DNA of 64,000 nucleotides from an uncultured Candidatus Poseidoniales archaeon (lineage in GTDB: Archaea; Thermoplasmatota; Poseidoniia; Poseidoniales; Thalassarchaeaceae): contig CAXAFE010000002.1 of assembly GCA_963968165.1 (NCBI GenBank), forward strand, positions 72,244 through 136,243, in the 5' to 3' direction. The translations under genes and the position numbers were made by a program. Below, piece by piece: positions 8,092-18,821 of the stretch (position 1 is its first letter; each line of letters opens with the position of its first letter). The notes under the pieces are model-generated. The model saw only the letters and a list, made by a program, of their open reading frames with translations. It was not told where the DNA came from and ran no database searches.

Positions 8092-10470
8092 TTATTCTTC
8101 TTCTTTTGTAGCCCTATTTACACCAGAAGACAGCGAAAACAGGCTTCCAAGCATGATTATAGTCCAACCTAGCCAAACTAAATGGCTACCTGGTAATGAA
8201 TGGACTGTTACTCTAACTCTGTCTACTTCTTCAGACTGGCCAAATGTCATCCACTCTAGTAATTCTTGAGATTGATAAAAATCAAGAATTACGATTGTGT
8301 CTCCGAATAAAGTACTAAATCGATCAACCTCTGATCTAGGAGAAACGGAATTGCCTGTTGTGAATCTCAACATCCCCGGAGATATTTCAGTAAGTTTTTC
8401 GCCTTCCTGTAATACTTCAATTGTTATTCCAATATATCCATCGCCTATTGAAAATGGATAATCTGCATCAGTGGAATTTATTTTTTCTACACCTGTAAAT
8501 ATGTAGTCATAGCCTCTGTGTTCTATTGGTTGATCTTTCACTAATGTTACTAAATGTGAGGGATCGGTTCGATCTACCAAAGTTGTTGTAAAAACATGTC
8601 CTATCAATAATAAAATTATACCTAAGTGTGCAATATTTGATCCTAATTTTCTTAATATTACTGTTGATTTAGTATCGTTAAAACCTTTTTTTCTCAGTCT
8701 AGACAAAGTATTTTTTGAAGTATCAAATAATTGATGTATAGTTGGAGGTAACGAAAAAAGTAACCAAGTTAGTATAAAAAGTCCTAATGCCCCTCTTGAA
8801 ATGCCTGGAGTAACACTAAGATTGGGATCGCCGGGCAAATATATGTCATTTGACAAATAGGCAAGTAATATAGAAATAAAGAGGCATAGAAACAACAAAA
8901 TGTTTCCATTTCTGGAATTAATCGAGTTTCCCCATGCATACAGCGTTAGTCCCATTGCCATTAAACCAATAATAGGGGCACCATAGAATTCATGTGCGAG
9001 AATATTGCTTCCCTCTATTTCAACAGTTAGAAGAATCCATGTTAATAATAAAAATGTTAAACCACCATACCATGGTATGTTTTTAGCCAATTTTATTCTC
9101 TGTGAAGTACTAGTAAATGGCCTAATTAAAATCGACATATCATCATCTAAATCTGATAAGAACCAAGGTACTAAGAAAGGTATCATACCTAAAAATGCCT
9201 GATAAATATTTGCAGACCATGACCAGTTAGAATAAAGCATCAAAATAATACCTGCAATCATCCAATGGAATGCAGGTTTTTCAGATGATTCGTTCAGCAT
9301 TAAAAAAAGTATACACAATCCCATGACCAAGATTGCACTGGAACCGATGCTTAGAGAGATTAAAAAGAAGAATATCAATAAACTTATTGAGAGATACTTG
9401 TTTAATTCAAAAAATGATTTTTCATTATTTTTTAATAAAGCATTAGTTTGTTCTCTGTAGAGATGTAGAATTGAAAACGAGCCTAGTAAAATTATTGCTA
9501 AAAGATAAGACAGAACTTCAAGACCTACTGGAGAAGAATCTGAAATATCTATAATTCTAAGATATGGGTCCTTTGATAAAACAGTTTCCTCGTTTCCAAC
9601 GAAGGCATGAACAGATGCCCATACGCCATTAGCACGGGTTACCAAAGTTGCATGAAATGCTAAAACTCCAGTTATTACTCCTAGAGAAGGAGATACGCGA
9701 TATGCGCTAGTTGAGTTAGGTTTTGAACGTGCATGGATTATTAGAAGTAAGGATAACCAAGGAAGTAATGAGCCAGTTTCAACCGGGTCCCATGCCCAAT
9801 AACCTCCCCAATCTAAAACCGTGTAGGCCCAAAGTCCACCTAATCCTATCCCTAATGTTCCGATAAAAAAGGCTGATCGCGCCCATGGTAGTAATGAATT
9901 ATGAATTATCTTACTGGGTAATTTTTGAATTATTCCAGAAAGTGCTACTGTTGCAGTGGCAATACAGAGAGAGTAATATAAAAAAACAATCGGAGGATGA
10001 ATTACCATAAGATTAGTTTGGAGTAGTGGATTCAACTCTCCATCAATTCCCTTGTATGGAGAAAATGGATCTAATATCCAAGATATAAGTAGTAAATAGG
10101 CGACCCAGGAGTGCATTATTTTCAATGCTAAATCATTATTATTATCTAATTGGGCCATAATCCAAGTAACTATTCCCATTAATGAAGCCCATAATAGTAG
10201 AGGTCCTGCCCTGCCTCCCCATACGGCAGAAATTCGATAAAAAAGTGGTAAATCTGCCCCTCCATATTCAGCCACCAGGGTTAAGGAATCTGCATCAATC
10301 AGAAATGCAAATACGAGAAGAGTGAATGGAGATATTTGTAATAAAAAACTAATGTCTTTTACTCTAGAATACAAGTTTAATTTAGGATTAATTGCATTAT
10401 GTATTGATACTAGGAATGCGAATATGAGCAATAACTGCCCAATAAATGATATTATTGTATCACCAGCCAT
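8092..10470 (-). CDS. ccmF: cytochrome c biogenesis heme lyase CcmF (CcsA superfamily)
   Basis: LNPLLQ...IHPP, WAYTVLDWGGYWAWDPVE (WWD domain), SVHAF, AHLG; many TM helices. Confidence 0.92.
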   Translation of the reverse strand: MAGDTIISFIGQLLLIFAFLVSIHNAINPKLNLYSRVKDISFLLQISPFTLLVFAFLIDADSLTLVAEYGGADLPLFYRISAVWGGRAGPLLLWASLMGIVTWIMAQLDNNNDLALKIMHSWVAYLLLISWILDPFSPYKGIDGELNPLLQTNLMVIHPPIVFLYYSLCIATATVALSGIIQKLPSKIIHNSLLPWARSAFFIGTLGIGLGGLWAYTVLDWGGYWAWDPVETGSLLPWLSLLLIIHARSKPNSTSAYRVSPSLGVITGVLAFHATLVTRANGVWASVHAFVGNEETVLSKDPYLRIIDISDSSPVGLEVLSYLLAIILLGSFSILHLYREQTNALLKNNEKSFFELNKYLSISLLIFFFLISLSIGSSAILVMGLCILFLMLNESSEKPAFHWMIAGIILMLYSNWSWSANIYQAFLGMIPFLVPWFLSDLDDDMSILIRPFTSTSQRIKLAKNIPWYGGLTFLLLTWILLTVEIEGSNILAHEFYGAPIIGLMAMGLTLYAWGNSINSRNGNILLFLCLFISILLAYLSNDIYLPGDPNLSVTPGISRGALGLFILTWLLFSLPPTIHQLFDTSKNTLSRLRKKGFNDTKSTVILRKLGSNIAHLGIILLLIGHVFTTTLVDRTDPSHLVTLVKDQPIEHRGYDYIFTGVEKINSTDADYPFSIGDGYIGITIEVLQEGEKLTEISPGMLRFTTGNSVSPRSEVDRFSTLFGDTIVILDFYQSQELLEWMTFGQSEEVDRVRVTVHSLPGSHLVWLGWTIIMLGSLFSLSSGVNRATKEEE

Positions 10471-11689
10471 AATATTTTGCACGAGAGTAACCAAAAGAAA
10501 GCATCGCAGGGATTATTTTTCTTGCATATAATTTTGGTCTTCGAATTAATATCTTAAAGCAAACTGCTAATTTTCCATGAGGGCCCATATTACTCATTTC
10601 ATCTGGGAAACACCGAGCCATAAGTGACATATCGTCATCGGATAAATCAAAAAGGGCAGATTTGCCTCGTAAAATCTTAGAATATGGAGGAAATTCTTTT
10701 TCCCACAATATATGATATTCAGCAAGAGAAGCGGCAGTTAGATCACCTGAAGAAATTGCTTTAGATGCTACCTCTGCAGCAAATACTGCTGATTTCAAAG
10801 CGAGGTGCGAGCCACCTTCAAAAAGTGGAGAAGTGAAGCCGGCTGCATCCCCCACAAGCATAAGTCCGTCCGTATGAGTATTTTTATGGGGTCCTGAAAT
10901 TGGAATGGTACCTCCAAATGCAGGATTTCCTTTTGTTTTCCATGGGGGTGATACCTGTTTTAATTCTTTGAAATGGGTATCGGCGATAAATTCATCTAAT
11001 CCTTTTTTAGTCCTAGATTTATCTTCTGTAACCAATCCGACATTTGCTCTACCGTCACACTTTGGAATCATCCAGACATATCCTTTTTCAGCATATTTTG
11101 GCCAAATATAAAAATCTAGATAGTCGTCAGTTGGAACTTCTAGCATTTCATACTGCATCCCAGCTATCACTTGCGGCCTTGGATTAAGTTTAGTTAATTT
11201 AGAGCATACACCAGCAACTCCTGAAGCATCTATTACAATTTTGGTTTCAATCGGGAAATTATCTCCTTTCCCATCGCATCTCCAACCAACAAAATGCCCA
11301 TTATCATATATCTTTTCCATGGAATCTAATTTGTGCCCTAGATGTAAATTTGCTCCTTCAGAAACTGCTTCATCACATATCCATCTTTCAAACAAATGTT
11401 TCTCTAGAACATATCCCTTCTCTGTTAATTTTTTTTCAGTTTTATCAGGGAAAATTACTCTGATTCCATTTACACGCTTGCTTATCACGTGCGGAGGTAG
11501 TTCCAATTGAAGATTATCACATGCAATATCAGAAATACATTCTCCGCAGTGAACCGGAGTGCCTATCTCCTTATGATCTTCGATGATTATCGTTGAAAGT
11601 CCTGCTCTAGCACTATGTAAAGCAGCATTTCCTCCTCCTGGTCCTGCTCCGATTACCAAAACATCACACTTCTTAATGTCGTTAGCCAT
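10460..11689 (-). CDS. geranylgeranyl reductase family FAD oxidoreductase
   Basis: GAGPGG, PVHCGE, GYVWMIPK, ANVGL, LVGDAAG..SPLFEGG. Confidence 0.9.
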   Translation of the reverse strand: MANDIKKCDVLVIGAGPGGGNAALHSARAGLSTIIIEDHKEIGTPVHCGECISDIACDNLQLELPPHVISKRVNGIRVIFPDKTEKKLTEKGYVLEKHLFERWICDEAVSEGANLHLGHKLDSMEKIYDNGHFVGWRCDGKGDNFPIETKIVIDASGVAGVCSKLTKLNPRPQVIAGMQYEMLEVPTDDYLDFYIWPKYAEKGYVWMIPKCDGRANVGLVTEDKSRTKKGLDEFIADTHFKELKQVSPPWKTKGNPAFGGTIPISGPHKNTHTDGLMLVGDAAGFTSPLFEGGSHLALKSAVFAAEVASKAISSGDLTAASLAEYHILWEKEFPPYSKILRGKSALFDLSDDDMSLMARCFPDEMSNMGPHGKLAVCFKILIRRPKLYARKIIPAMLSFGYSRAKYYGW

Positions 11690-11782
11690 GCCCCTCGGAG
11701 AGAGTTTATGTCAAAGAATCTCTCGGTCAGATGTCTATGGTAAAAAGCGAACATTCTCATTCTGTTGGTGCATCGGAGTGGT

Positions 11783-13645
11783 GTGAAGTGGGGAAACCTT
11801 ACCAGATACATTCGCGAATTGGAGGCAAGGGGAGAGCTGTTGCGAATTAGTCACCCTGTGAATGTAAAATTCGAGGCAGGTTGTATTGCTGATTATTTGG
11901 TAAAACGAGGTGGGCCGGCAGTAATATTTGACCAGCCCAGATTGGATGATGGGGCCATTAGTGAATATTCACTCATAATGAATCTTTTTGGTACTAGAGA
12001 AAGGACGAATCTCGCCCTTGGAGTAAAAGAGCCCAGAGAGATTGGAGATAGGATGGTTGCGTTGATGAAGCCTGATATTGGAAGTATAATAAAAGCACCA
12101 TGGAAAGGTATAAATCTTGCATTAGAAGGTATTTCTATGGCACCCCGCAGGATTAGAAGGGCCCCGTGTCAACAAGTATTAATTGATAATCCAGATGTTA
12201 CAAAATTACCTATTCCAACAACTTGGCCATTAGATGGAGGACCTTTCATGACATTACCTTTGGTTGTAACATCTGACCCAAATACTGGAGAACATAATAT
12301 GGGGATGTATAGAAGTCAAGTTTTTGGACCAAAAGAGGTTGGTTTACATTGGCAAGCACACAAACATGGGGCCGAGCATTCGGCAGATTCTCTTGGCGAT
12401 AAAATGCCTGTAGCAATTTGTTTGGGAGGCCCTCCAGAAGTCATTTTTAGTGCCATTTCTCCCTTACCAGATAATTTATCTGAATATGAATTTGCAGGAC
12501 TTTTAGGAAAAAAAAGATTAAACATTGTAAAATGTAAAACAAATGATTTGTATGTTCCAGCAGAATGTGATTTTGTCATAGAAGGATATATGATTCCAGG
12601 AGAAACTAGACTGGAGGGTCCTTTTGGAGATCATTTTGGACATTATTCACTAGCTGATGAATATCCAGTAATGCATGTTACTATGATCACACACAAGAAA
12701 GACCCAGTTATTCCAATGACCATAGTTGGAGTTCCTCCAATGGAAGATGGTTACTTAGGTGAGGCGATAGGAGATGCATTTAGACCTGTTTTACAATTTC
12801 AGCATAGAGATGTAATTGATTTATTTTTACCTCTAGAAACTGGATTTCACAATCTAGCTATCGTATCATCCAAGAAACGATATCCTCGGCAAGGAAGAAA
12901 AACTGCTCTTGGACTACTAGGAGCGGGTCAAATGATGTTTTTAAAAACTATAATTGCAGTGGATCCTGAACATCCCGTTAAGGATTTAAATAAACTACTA
13001 GATATAATTGAAAGAAATGTTAATATCCCAAATGATCTAATATTTTTAGAAGGAATGGTTGCAGATACGCTCGAACATGCATCTCCAATTGAAAATATAC
13101 ATACTAAATTAATGATAGATGCTACAAGTAGTGATAATTCAATATCGTATTCTTCTAAAACAAATTCTAATTCTATTGTAATATCTGCATCGGCTATTGA
13201 AGGAGTAGTGAGTTCGAGAATGTTAAGGCCCACAATGATGGTTGTCACTACAACTATAGAAGGAGGACCAAAACCTGGAGAAAGTATGGAGTTGGAAGAT
13301 GAAAAAATGGCTCAACTCCAAAGAGAAAAAATTAAAAAAATATATCAAGATATATGGAGCTTAGAAGGTGCAGATAATCTAAAATGGTTATTCATAACGG
13401 ATGCTGATATTGATTTGAAAAATAAAGGATGGAAGAGAACGTTATTATGGCAATTGTTTTGTAGATTTGATGTTTCAAGAGATATTCACTTTGATGATTC
13501 CAAAGAGAGATTGGCATGGGATGCTACTGCACCTATTCCATCTAAAAATGGAGATATTCAAGTCAGAAGATGGCCGGCAGTGACACTCCATAACGAAGAA
13601 ACTATAGAAAAGGTAAATATTATTATGAAGGATTTGGGATACTAA
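11783..13645 (+). CDS. UbiD-family decarboxylase (menaquinone pathway MqnL-like), duplicated C-terminal domain
   Basis: TWPLDGGPF, NMGMYR, EGPFGDHFGHY, GVPPMED; GTG start 11783 assumed (ORF opens at 11765). Confidence 0.9.
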   Translation: MKWGNLTRYIRELEARGELLRISHPVNVKFEAGCIADYLVKRGGPAVIFDQPRLDDGAISEYSLIMNLFGTRERTNLALGVKEPREIGDRMVALMKPDIGSIIKAPWKGINLALEGISMAPRRIRRAPCQQVLIDNPDVTKLPIPTTWPLDGGPFMTLPLVVTSDPNTGEHNMGMYRSQVFGPKEVGLHWQAHKHGAEHSADSLGDKMPVAICLGGPPEVIFSAISPLPDNLSEYEFAGLLGKKRLNIVKCKTNDLYVPAECDFVIEGYMIPGETRLEGPFGDHFGHYSLADEYPVMHVTMITHKKDPVIPMTIVGVPPMEDGYLGEAIGDAFRPVLQFQHRDVIDLFLPLETGFHNLAIVSSKKRYPRQGRKTALGLLGAGQMMFLKTIIAVDPEHPVKDLNKLLDIIERNVNIPNDLIFLEGMVADTLEHASPIENIHTKLMIDATSSDNSISYSSKTNSNSIVISASAIEGVVSSRMLRPTMMVVTTTIEGGPKPGESMELEDEKMAQLQREKIKKIYQDIWSLEGADNLKWLFITDADIDLKNKGWKRTLLWQLFCRFDVSRDIHFDDSKERLAWDATAPIPSKNGDIQVRRWPAVTLHNEETIEKVNIIMKDLGY

Positions 13646-14559
13646 TGAATATTAAAGATGTTTTAGAATTTATTAAAGTTGAACATACTTTATTTTCACT
13701 ACCTTTTGTTTTAATTGGTTATGTTCTGGCAATAGAAGATTTTACTTCCAAGGATATCGACTTATTGTGGATATTATTAGCAGCAATAGGCGCACGGGGT
13801 TTGGCAATGACATTGAACAGAATTATAGACAGAGACATTGATGCTGCTAATCCTCGAACAGAAGGTCGTCATCTGGTCTCCGGAACAATGACAATGAAGG
13901 GTGCATGGATATTATCTGTTATTTTTTTAATCATACTAATTGGAAGTGCCGGGATGTTGAATAAGGTCGCTCTAATGATGTCATGGTTACCAGTACTAGT
14001 ATTTTTTATTTATCCATTTATGAAGCGCTTTACATGGTTGTGTCATTTTTGGCTAGGGGCTTGTCTTGGACTAGCCCCCGCAGGAGCTTGGGTTGCAATT
14101 GCATCTAATACTCATGGATGGGCATCAATTACAGGCCTAAATGAAGGTTATACAGAATTTCTTTGGTACCCTGAAATTCTTTTCATATCTTTGGGAGTTG
14201 TATTGTGGATTACTGCTTTTGATATAAATTATGCAATAATGGATATTGAAAGTGATAGATTGAATGGGATACATTCATTTCCATCTCAATTCAGCGAAAG
14301 AGCAACAACAAGGACAACTGTACAATTAACTCTGCTATGGTTTGCCTGCTTTGCAATTTCAAATCCCATAGACGAAATATGGTTCATAATATCGGCAGGA
14401 TTGATGGCAGCCTTGAATATATATGTTATTTTATCAAGAAATAAGATTAAAAATTTTCAGACTATTTTATTTAGAGTATCGATGATGACTGGTTGGGTTC
14501 TGCTATTATCTCTAATTATCTCAGAACTAAATTATAGTAGTGATGGATTGTTTGATTGA
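13645..14559 (+). CDS. UbiA-family prenyltransferase (MqnP-like)
   Basis: IKVEHTLFSLPF, NRIIDRDIDAANPRT, YPFMKRFT, FDINYAIMD. Confidence 0.92.
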   Translation: MNIKDVLEFIKVEHTLFSLPFVLIGYVLAIEDFTSKDIDLLWILLAAIGARGLAMTLNRIIDRDIDAANPRTEGRHLVSGTMTMKGAWILSVIFLIILIGSAGMLNKVALMMSWLPVLVFFIYPFMKRFTWLCHFWLGACLGLAPAGAWVAIASNTHGWASITGLNEGYTEFLWYPEILFISLGVVLWITAFDINYAIMDIESDRLNGIHSFPSQFSERATTRTTVQLTLLWFACFAISNPIDEIWFIISAGLMAALNIYVILSRNKIKNFQTILFRVSMMTGWVLLLSLIISELNYSSDGLFD

Positions 14560-14571
14560 GTGTGATAGTTT

Positions 14572-16854
14572 ATGTTTATTCTTAAGTCAGATTACGGTAC
14601 AGCAGGAGACCAACAACAGGCTATTGATACTTTAGTTAATCAAATAGAAAATGGGCAAGAACGTTCGGTATTATTAGGCGTTACTGGATCAGGAAAAACT
14701 TTTGCTATGGCTAATATAATCAAAAGGCTACAAAGACCAACATTGATTTTATCTCATAATAAGACATTAGCTAGACAATTATGGCAGGAAATGTCCGATT
14801 TATTCCCAGAAAATGCTGTTGAATATTTTGTTAGTTATTATGATTATTATCAACCTGAAGCATATATCCCAGGAAGAGATCTGTTTATTGATAAAGAATT
14901 ACAAATGAATGAAAGAATCGAGCAAGAGAGATTTTCAACAGTTGCATCTCTGGTTTCTAGGCCTGATGTAATTGCAGTCGGTTCGGTATCGATTATCTAT
15001 GGTTTGAACCCTCCAGAGGTATTTGAACAAAATCATTTACGGCTTTGTAGAGGAGAAGTTTCAGATCCTCAAGATATAGTAAATAATCTAGTAGGACTCC
15101 AGTATCGTAGAACTAAGGGAGATTTAACTAGAGGAGATGTACGATTAAGAGGAGAAACATTAGATATTTGGATGCCAAGTAGAGATGACCCGCTGCGTAT
15201 CAAATTCAATTGGGATGGAATTGAAAAAATCCAAGTGTGCGAAGCAGTTTCTTGGGAAGTATTAGATGAAATCGAAGAAGCATGGATTCATCCAAGAGAA
15301 TTTTATATGACTGATGAGGAGAGGTTTAATGAAGCTCTTATCGATATAGAGGAAGAAATGAATGAAAGAATAAAATTTTATGATAAAAATGGAATGGATT
15401 TAGAAAGTCATAGAATTGAGCAGCGCACAAAATTTGATTTGGAAATGTTATCAGAAATTGGTTCTTGCAAGGGAGTGGAGAATTATTCATTACATTTTGA
15501 TGGAAGAAAGAAAGGGGAACGCGCATATTGCCTACTAGACTTTTTTTCTACAAATGCTAGGAAATTCCATGGTGGGAAAAATAATTATCTAGTAATAATG
15601 GACGAATCGCACGTAACACTACCGCAAGTTGGAGGCATGTATGGGGGTGATTTTTCTCGAAAGAAGAATTTAATAGATCATGGATTTAGATTACCCTCCG
15701 CATATGATAATAGGCCATTGAGAATCGGAGAATTTCAACAAATGATTCCTCAGATGCTCTATGTGAGCGCTACACCAGGAGAAAGAGAGTTGCGGCATCT
15801 TGCAGAAGTAACTAATCAGAAGGTTCCTGTGGGTTTATTACATGCTAACAGCCAAGGAGGAGCAGTTCCCTCGGCCATAAAAAAGGGTAAAGAAAAACGA
15901 ACAATGGAAGAAGTTTTGTCTGAGATTGATGGAATAGCTAAAATGGAGATAAGGCCAACTGGATTATTAGATCCAAAAATTCAAGTTCGGCCCACTGAAG
16001 GGCAAGTACAAGATTTACTAAGTATGATAAATCAAAAAGTTAAATTGAATCAACGTACATTAGTAACGGTACTAACAATTAAATTTGCTGAAGAAATTTC
16101 AGAGTATTTACAGAGAATGGGGGTTAAAGCACATTATCTTCACAGTGAAATTGATACCTTAGAAAGAACTGAAATTATCAAAGCATTAAGAATTGGTCAC
16201 ATTGATGTCATTGTAGGGATTAATCTTCTAAGAGAAGGCCTGGACATACCTGAAGTATCATTAGTTGCAATTTTTGATGCAGATAAGCAGGGCTTTCTAA
16301 GAAATGAAAGAGCATTATTACAGACAATTGGGAGAGCATCAAGGAATGAATATGGAGAAGTTATCTTGTATGCAGATTCTATTTCACCAGCAATGGAGGC
16401 TGCCATTAGCCAAACGATATCTAGAAGAGGTAGACAAGAAAAATATAATTTAGAAAATAATATAATACCTAAAACAATTCAAAAGAGCATTCCTGTAATG
16501 GGGTTAGAGATCGAAGATTTAATGGCTGGAGTGGCAGGGAAAGGCGAAAAGGGAGGTAGGAAGTTAGTTGGTAAAATACCTAAGAAAAAGGGTATCGCTG
16601 CTCTCACAAATAAATTTGATTTAGGTGTCGGTGCGTGGACTAGTGGAAATTCACTAGTAGATAATATTTCTCAACCAAGTTTAGAAGAGGGACAAGATAA
16701 TTATCATAAAGTAATGGAAGATGGGGTATCTGAAAAGTTAATTAAGAAATTGAGTAAGGAAATGAAACAGGCTGCTGAAAGGTTAGATTTTGAAAGAGCG
16801 GCAGATATTAGAGACAGAATATATCAAATTAAGAATGCGACGGATTCAAAGTAG
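14572..16854 (+). CDS. uvrB: excinuclease ABC subunit B
   Basis: GVTGSGKT, YFVSYYDYYQPEAY beta-hairpin, DESH, GINLLREGLD, C-terminal UVR domain (LDFERAA). Confidence 0.97.
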   Translation: MFILKSDYGTAGDQQQAIDTLVNQIENGQERSVLLGVTGSGKTFAMANIIKRLQRPTLILSHNKTLARQLWQEMSDLFPENAVEYFVSYYDYYQPEAYIPGRDLFIDKELQMNERIEQERFSTVASLVSRPDVIAVGSVSIIYGLNPPEVFEQNHLRLCRGEVSDPQDIVNNLVGLQYRRTKGDLTRGDVRLRGETLDIWMPSRDDPLRIKFNWDGIEKIQVCEAVSWEVLDEIEEAWIHPREFYMTDEERFNEALIDIEEEMNERIKFYDKNGMDLESHRIEQRTKFDLEMLSEIGSCKGVENYSLHFDGRKKGERAYCLLDFFSTNARKFHGGKNNYLVIMDESHVTLPQVGGMYGGDFSRKKNLIDHGFRLPSAYDNRPLRIGEFQQMIPQMLYVSATPGERELRHLAEVTNQKVPVGLLHANSQGGAVPSAIKKGKEKRTMEEVLSEIDGIAKMEIRPTGLLDPKIQVRPTEGQVQDLLSMINQKVKLNQRTLVTVLTIKFAEEISEYLQRMGVKAHYLHSEIDTLERTEIIKALRIGHIDVIVGINLLREGLDIPEVSLVAIFDADKQGFLRNERALLQTIGRASRNEYGEVILYADSISPAMEAAISQTISRRGRQEKYNLENNIIPKTIQKSIPVMGLEIEDLMAGVAGKGEKGGRKLVGKIPKKKGIAALTNKFDLGVGAWTSGNSLVDNISQPSLEEGQDNYHKVMEDGVSEKLIKKLSKEMKQAAERLDFERAADIRDRIYQIKNATDSK

Positions 16855-16874
16855 AAAACCTAGTGGAGAAGGTT

Positions 16875-17855
16875 ATGCCGAAATATAATAAGACTGATTT
16901 CAACACTCCGGTAAAGGATTATAATTTTACTAAAATTAATAATGTTAGTTCACTAATTGACCAGATGAAGGAGGCAGGAGGTTTTACAGCCAGTAAATTA
17001 GGAAAGGCTAGAGACATATTAAGTAATTCAATGGCTAAAACGGGTGATGAAGGAGTAATAAATTGGTTATCATTTCCAGCATGTTTGTGTGCTACTGGAA
17101 CGAGAGGATTTTTCTTAGAGGCTATCAAAAAAAATAAATTTAATGTAATAGTAACAACCTGTGGTACATTAGATCATGATATTGCGCGTACATATGAGGA
17201 TTATTTTCATGGTGACTTTGATCTAGATGATGTCGCATTGGCTGAAGAAGGTTTGAATAGGCTAGGAAATATAGTAATCCCTAACGAATGCTATGGAGAA
17301 ATCTTAGAAAAAACAGTTTTACCATGGTTAAAAGAAATCGAAGAAGAGCGTAGGGCAATACAGCCAAATAACCCATGGCTAGGTTTTGGTTCAGTAGAGC
17401 TTTGTTGGGAAATTGGGGATAGGTTAGAGGATGAGACATCAATTCTTTATTGGGCGGCGAAAAATAGGATTCCGATAATTATTCCTGGGCTATCCGATGG
17501 GGCAATTGGTGCTCAGTTATTTATGCATAGACAGAAAAGTCCTAGTTTTATGATAGATTTCTTAGCGGATGAACAAATACTTTCTGATTTAACTTGGACA
17601 GCAGAAGAAAGTCATGCATTAATGATTGGAGGAGGAATTTCTAAACATCATGTTATTTGGTGGAATCAATATAGAGGAGGTTTAGATTCTGCAGTTGGTG
17701 TTACTACTGCTCCGGAATTTGATGGATCATTGTCTGGTGCGCGACTCAAGGAGGCCATTTCATGGGGCAAAATAAGGCCAAGTGCGCCCCAGGTAGTAGT
17801 AGAAGGGGATGCTAGCATCATACTACCATTATTAGGTGCAGATTTATTCAATTAA
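16875..17855 (+). CDS. dys: deoxyhypusine synthase
   Basis: GGFTA, GLNRLGN, GGGISKHH, DGSLSGARLKEAISWGK. Confidence 0.95.
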   Translation: MPKYNKTDFNTPVKDYNFTKINNVSSLIDQMKEAGGFTASKLGKARDILSNSMAKTGDEGVINWLSFPACLCATGTRGFFLEAIKKNKFNVIVTTCGTLDHDIARTYEDYFHGDFDLDDVALAEEGLNRLGNIVIPNECYGEILEKTVLPWLKEIEEERRAIQPNNPWLGFGSVELCWEIGDRLEDETSILYWAAKNRIPIIIPGLSDGAIGAQLFMHRQKSPSFMIDFLADEQILSDLTWTAEESHALMIGGGISKHHVIWWNQYRGGLDSAVGVTTAPEFDGSLSGARLKEAISWGKIRPSAPQVVVEGDASIILPLLGADLFN

Positions 17856-17916
17856 TGCTAATTTTAGTTTTTATCCAATAGTAATGGCTAATAATGGAAC
17901 TATGCTGGGAGGGGAT

Positions 17917-18099
17917 ATGTCCGTTAGCGATATGGTACAAGGAATGATTGATGAATTGACTGCAGCACTTACAGATGCTGGTAAACACGACGGTGGCAAC
18001 TCAGCTGCTGGAACACGTGTAAGAAAGGCTATGCAAGGTATGAAATCTCATGCACAAGCAGTACGTCTACAAGTTCAAAACGATAAAAACTCTCGTTAA
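17917..18099 (+). CDS. small Hc1 (histone H1-like) family protein
   Basis: 60 aa after a GGAGGGG SD; GNSAAGTRVRKAMQ matches the GNKAAGTRARK signature of short Hc1-like proteins. Confidence 0.75.
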   Translation: MSVSDMVQGMIDELTAALTDAGKHDGGNSAAGTRVRKAMQGMKSHAQAVRLQVQNDKNSR

Positions 18100-18135
18100 T
18101 TATTTTTTAACTAAAAAATATAGTTCAGCAAGGAC

Positions 18136-18816
18136 TCAAAGGTTTTGTGCAAGCAATTCCATTAGTCCAGTACGCAAAGGCGTGAGGGGATGCCAACCAT
18201 CTCCTCCCGCCCTAATAATTTCATTATTCAAAGGCACAAGATTCGGTCTTTGTTTAATTTTATTCATATTTTCGTTGACAGTTTTAGGAATTTTCGATAA
18301 TGATTCAATTGTATGAGTGTAGTTGATAGAATTTTTGTATCTTGTCCATAGCATATCTAGTTCCTCTAGAACATCCTTATTTGACCATGCTCTTCTGCCA
18401 CAAATATCTAAATTACCTTTTATATTGGCAAATTCATCCGATAGTACAATCATAGATATCGCTTCTACAGCGTCCCTGATATGTACCCAATAATGAACAT
18501 CTAATTTATTATCAAAATCATTCAAGCCGGATTTTAAATTATCCATTAATAAATAAATATCATTTGGACTCCATTTGGAATTACCATCAGGAATTAATAA
18601 ATCATGAGTCCTTATTACTAATTTTGATACATTAATATTCTTTGTATCAGATGGAATTATCAATAGATCTACTTCAAGATTTGTATCAAAACCAATTTTT
18701 ATAGTTGCATCATCAAATTCTGAAACAATATTTGCACCGAGTCTGATTAATCGATCCTCTAGAGCTATATAAAAAAAATCTTTTGAGCCAACTAGGCAAA
18801 TTCTATCATCCATCAT
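18136..18816 (-). CDS. hypothetical protein, degenerate extended-SDR/epimerase-like C-terminus
   Basis: WVHIRDAVEAI and GWHPLTPLRTGL resemble epimerase C-terminal motifs; no intact Rossmann motif. Confidence 0.5.
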   Translation of the reverse strand: MMDDRICLVGSKDFFYIALEDRLIRLGANIVSEFDDATIKIGFDTNLEVDLLIIPSDTKNINVSKLVIRTHDLLIPDGNSKWSPNDIYLLMDNLKSGLNDFDNKLDVHYWVHIRDAVEAISMIVLSDEFANIKGNLDICGRRAWSNKDVLEELDMLWTRYKNSINYTHTIESLSKIPKTVNENMNKIKQRPNLVPLNNEIIRAGGDGWHPLTPLRTGLMELLAQNL

Positions 18817-18821
18817 ATCAC

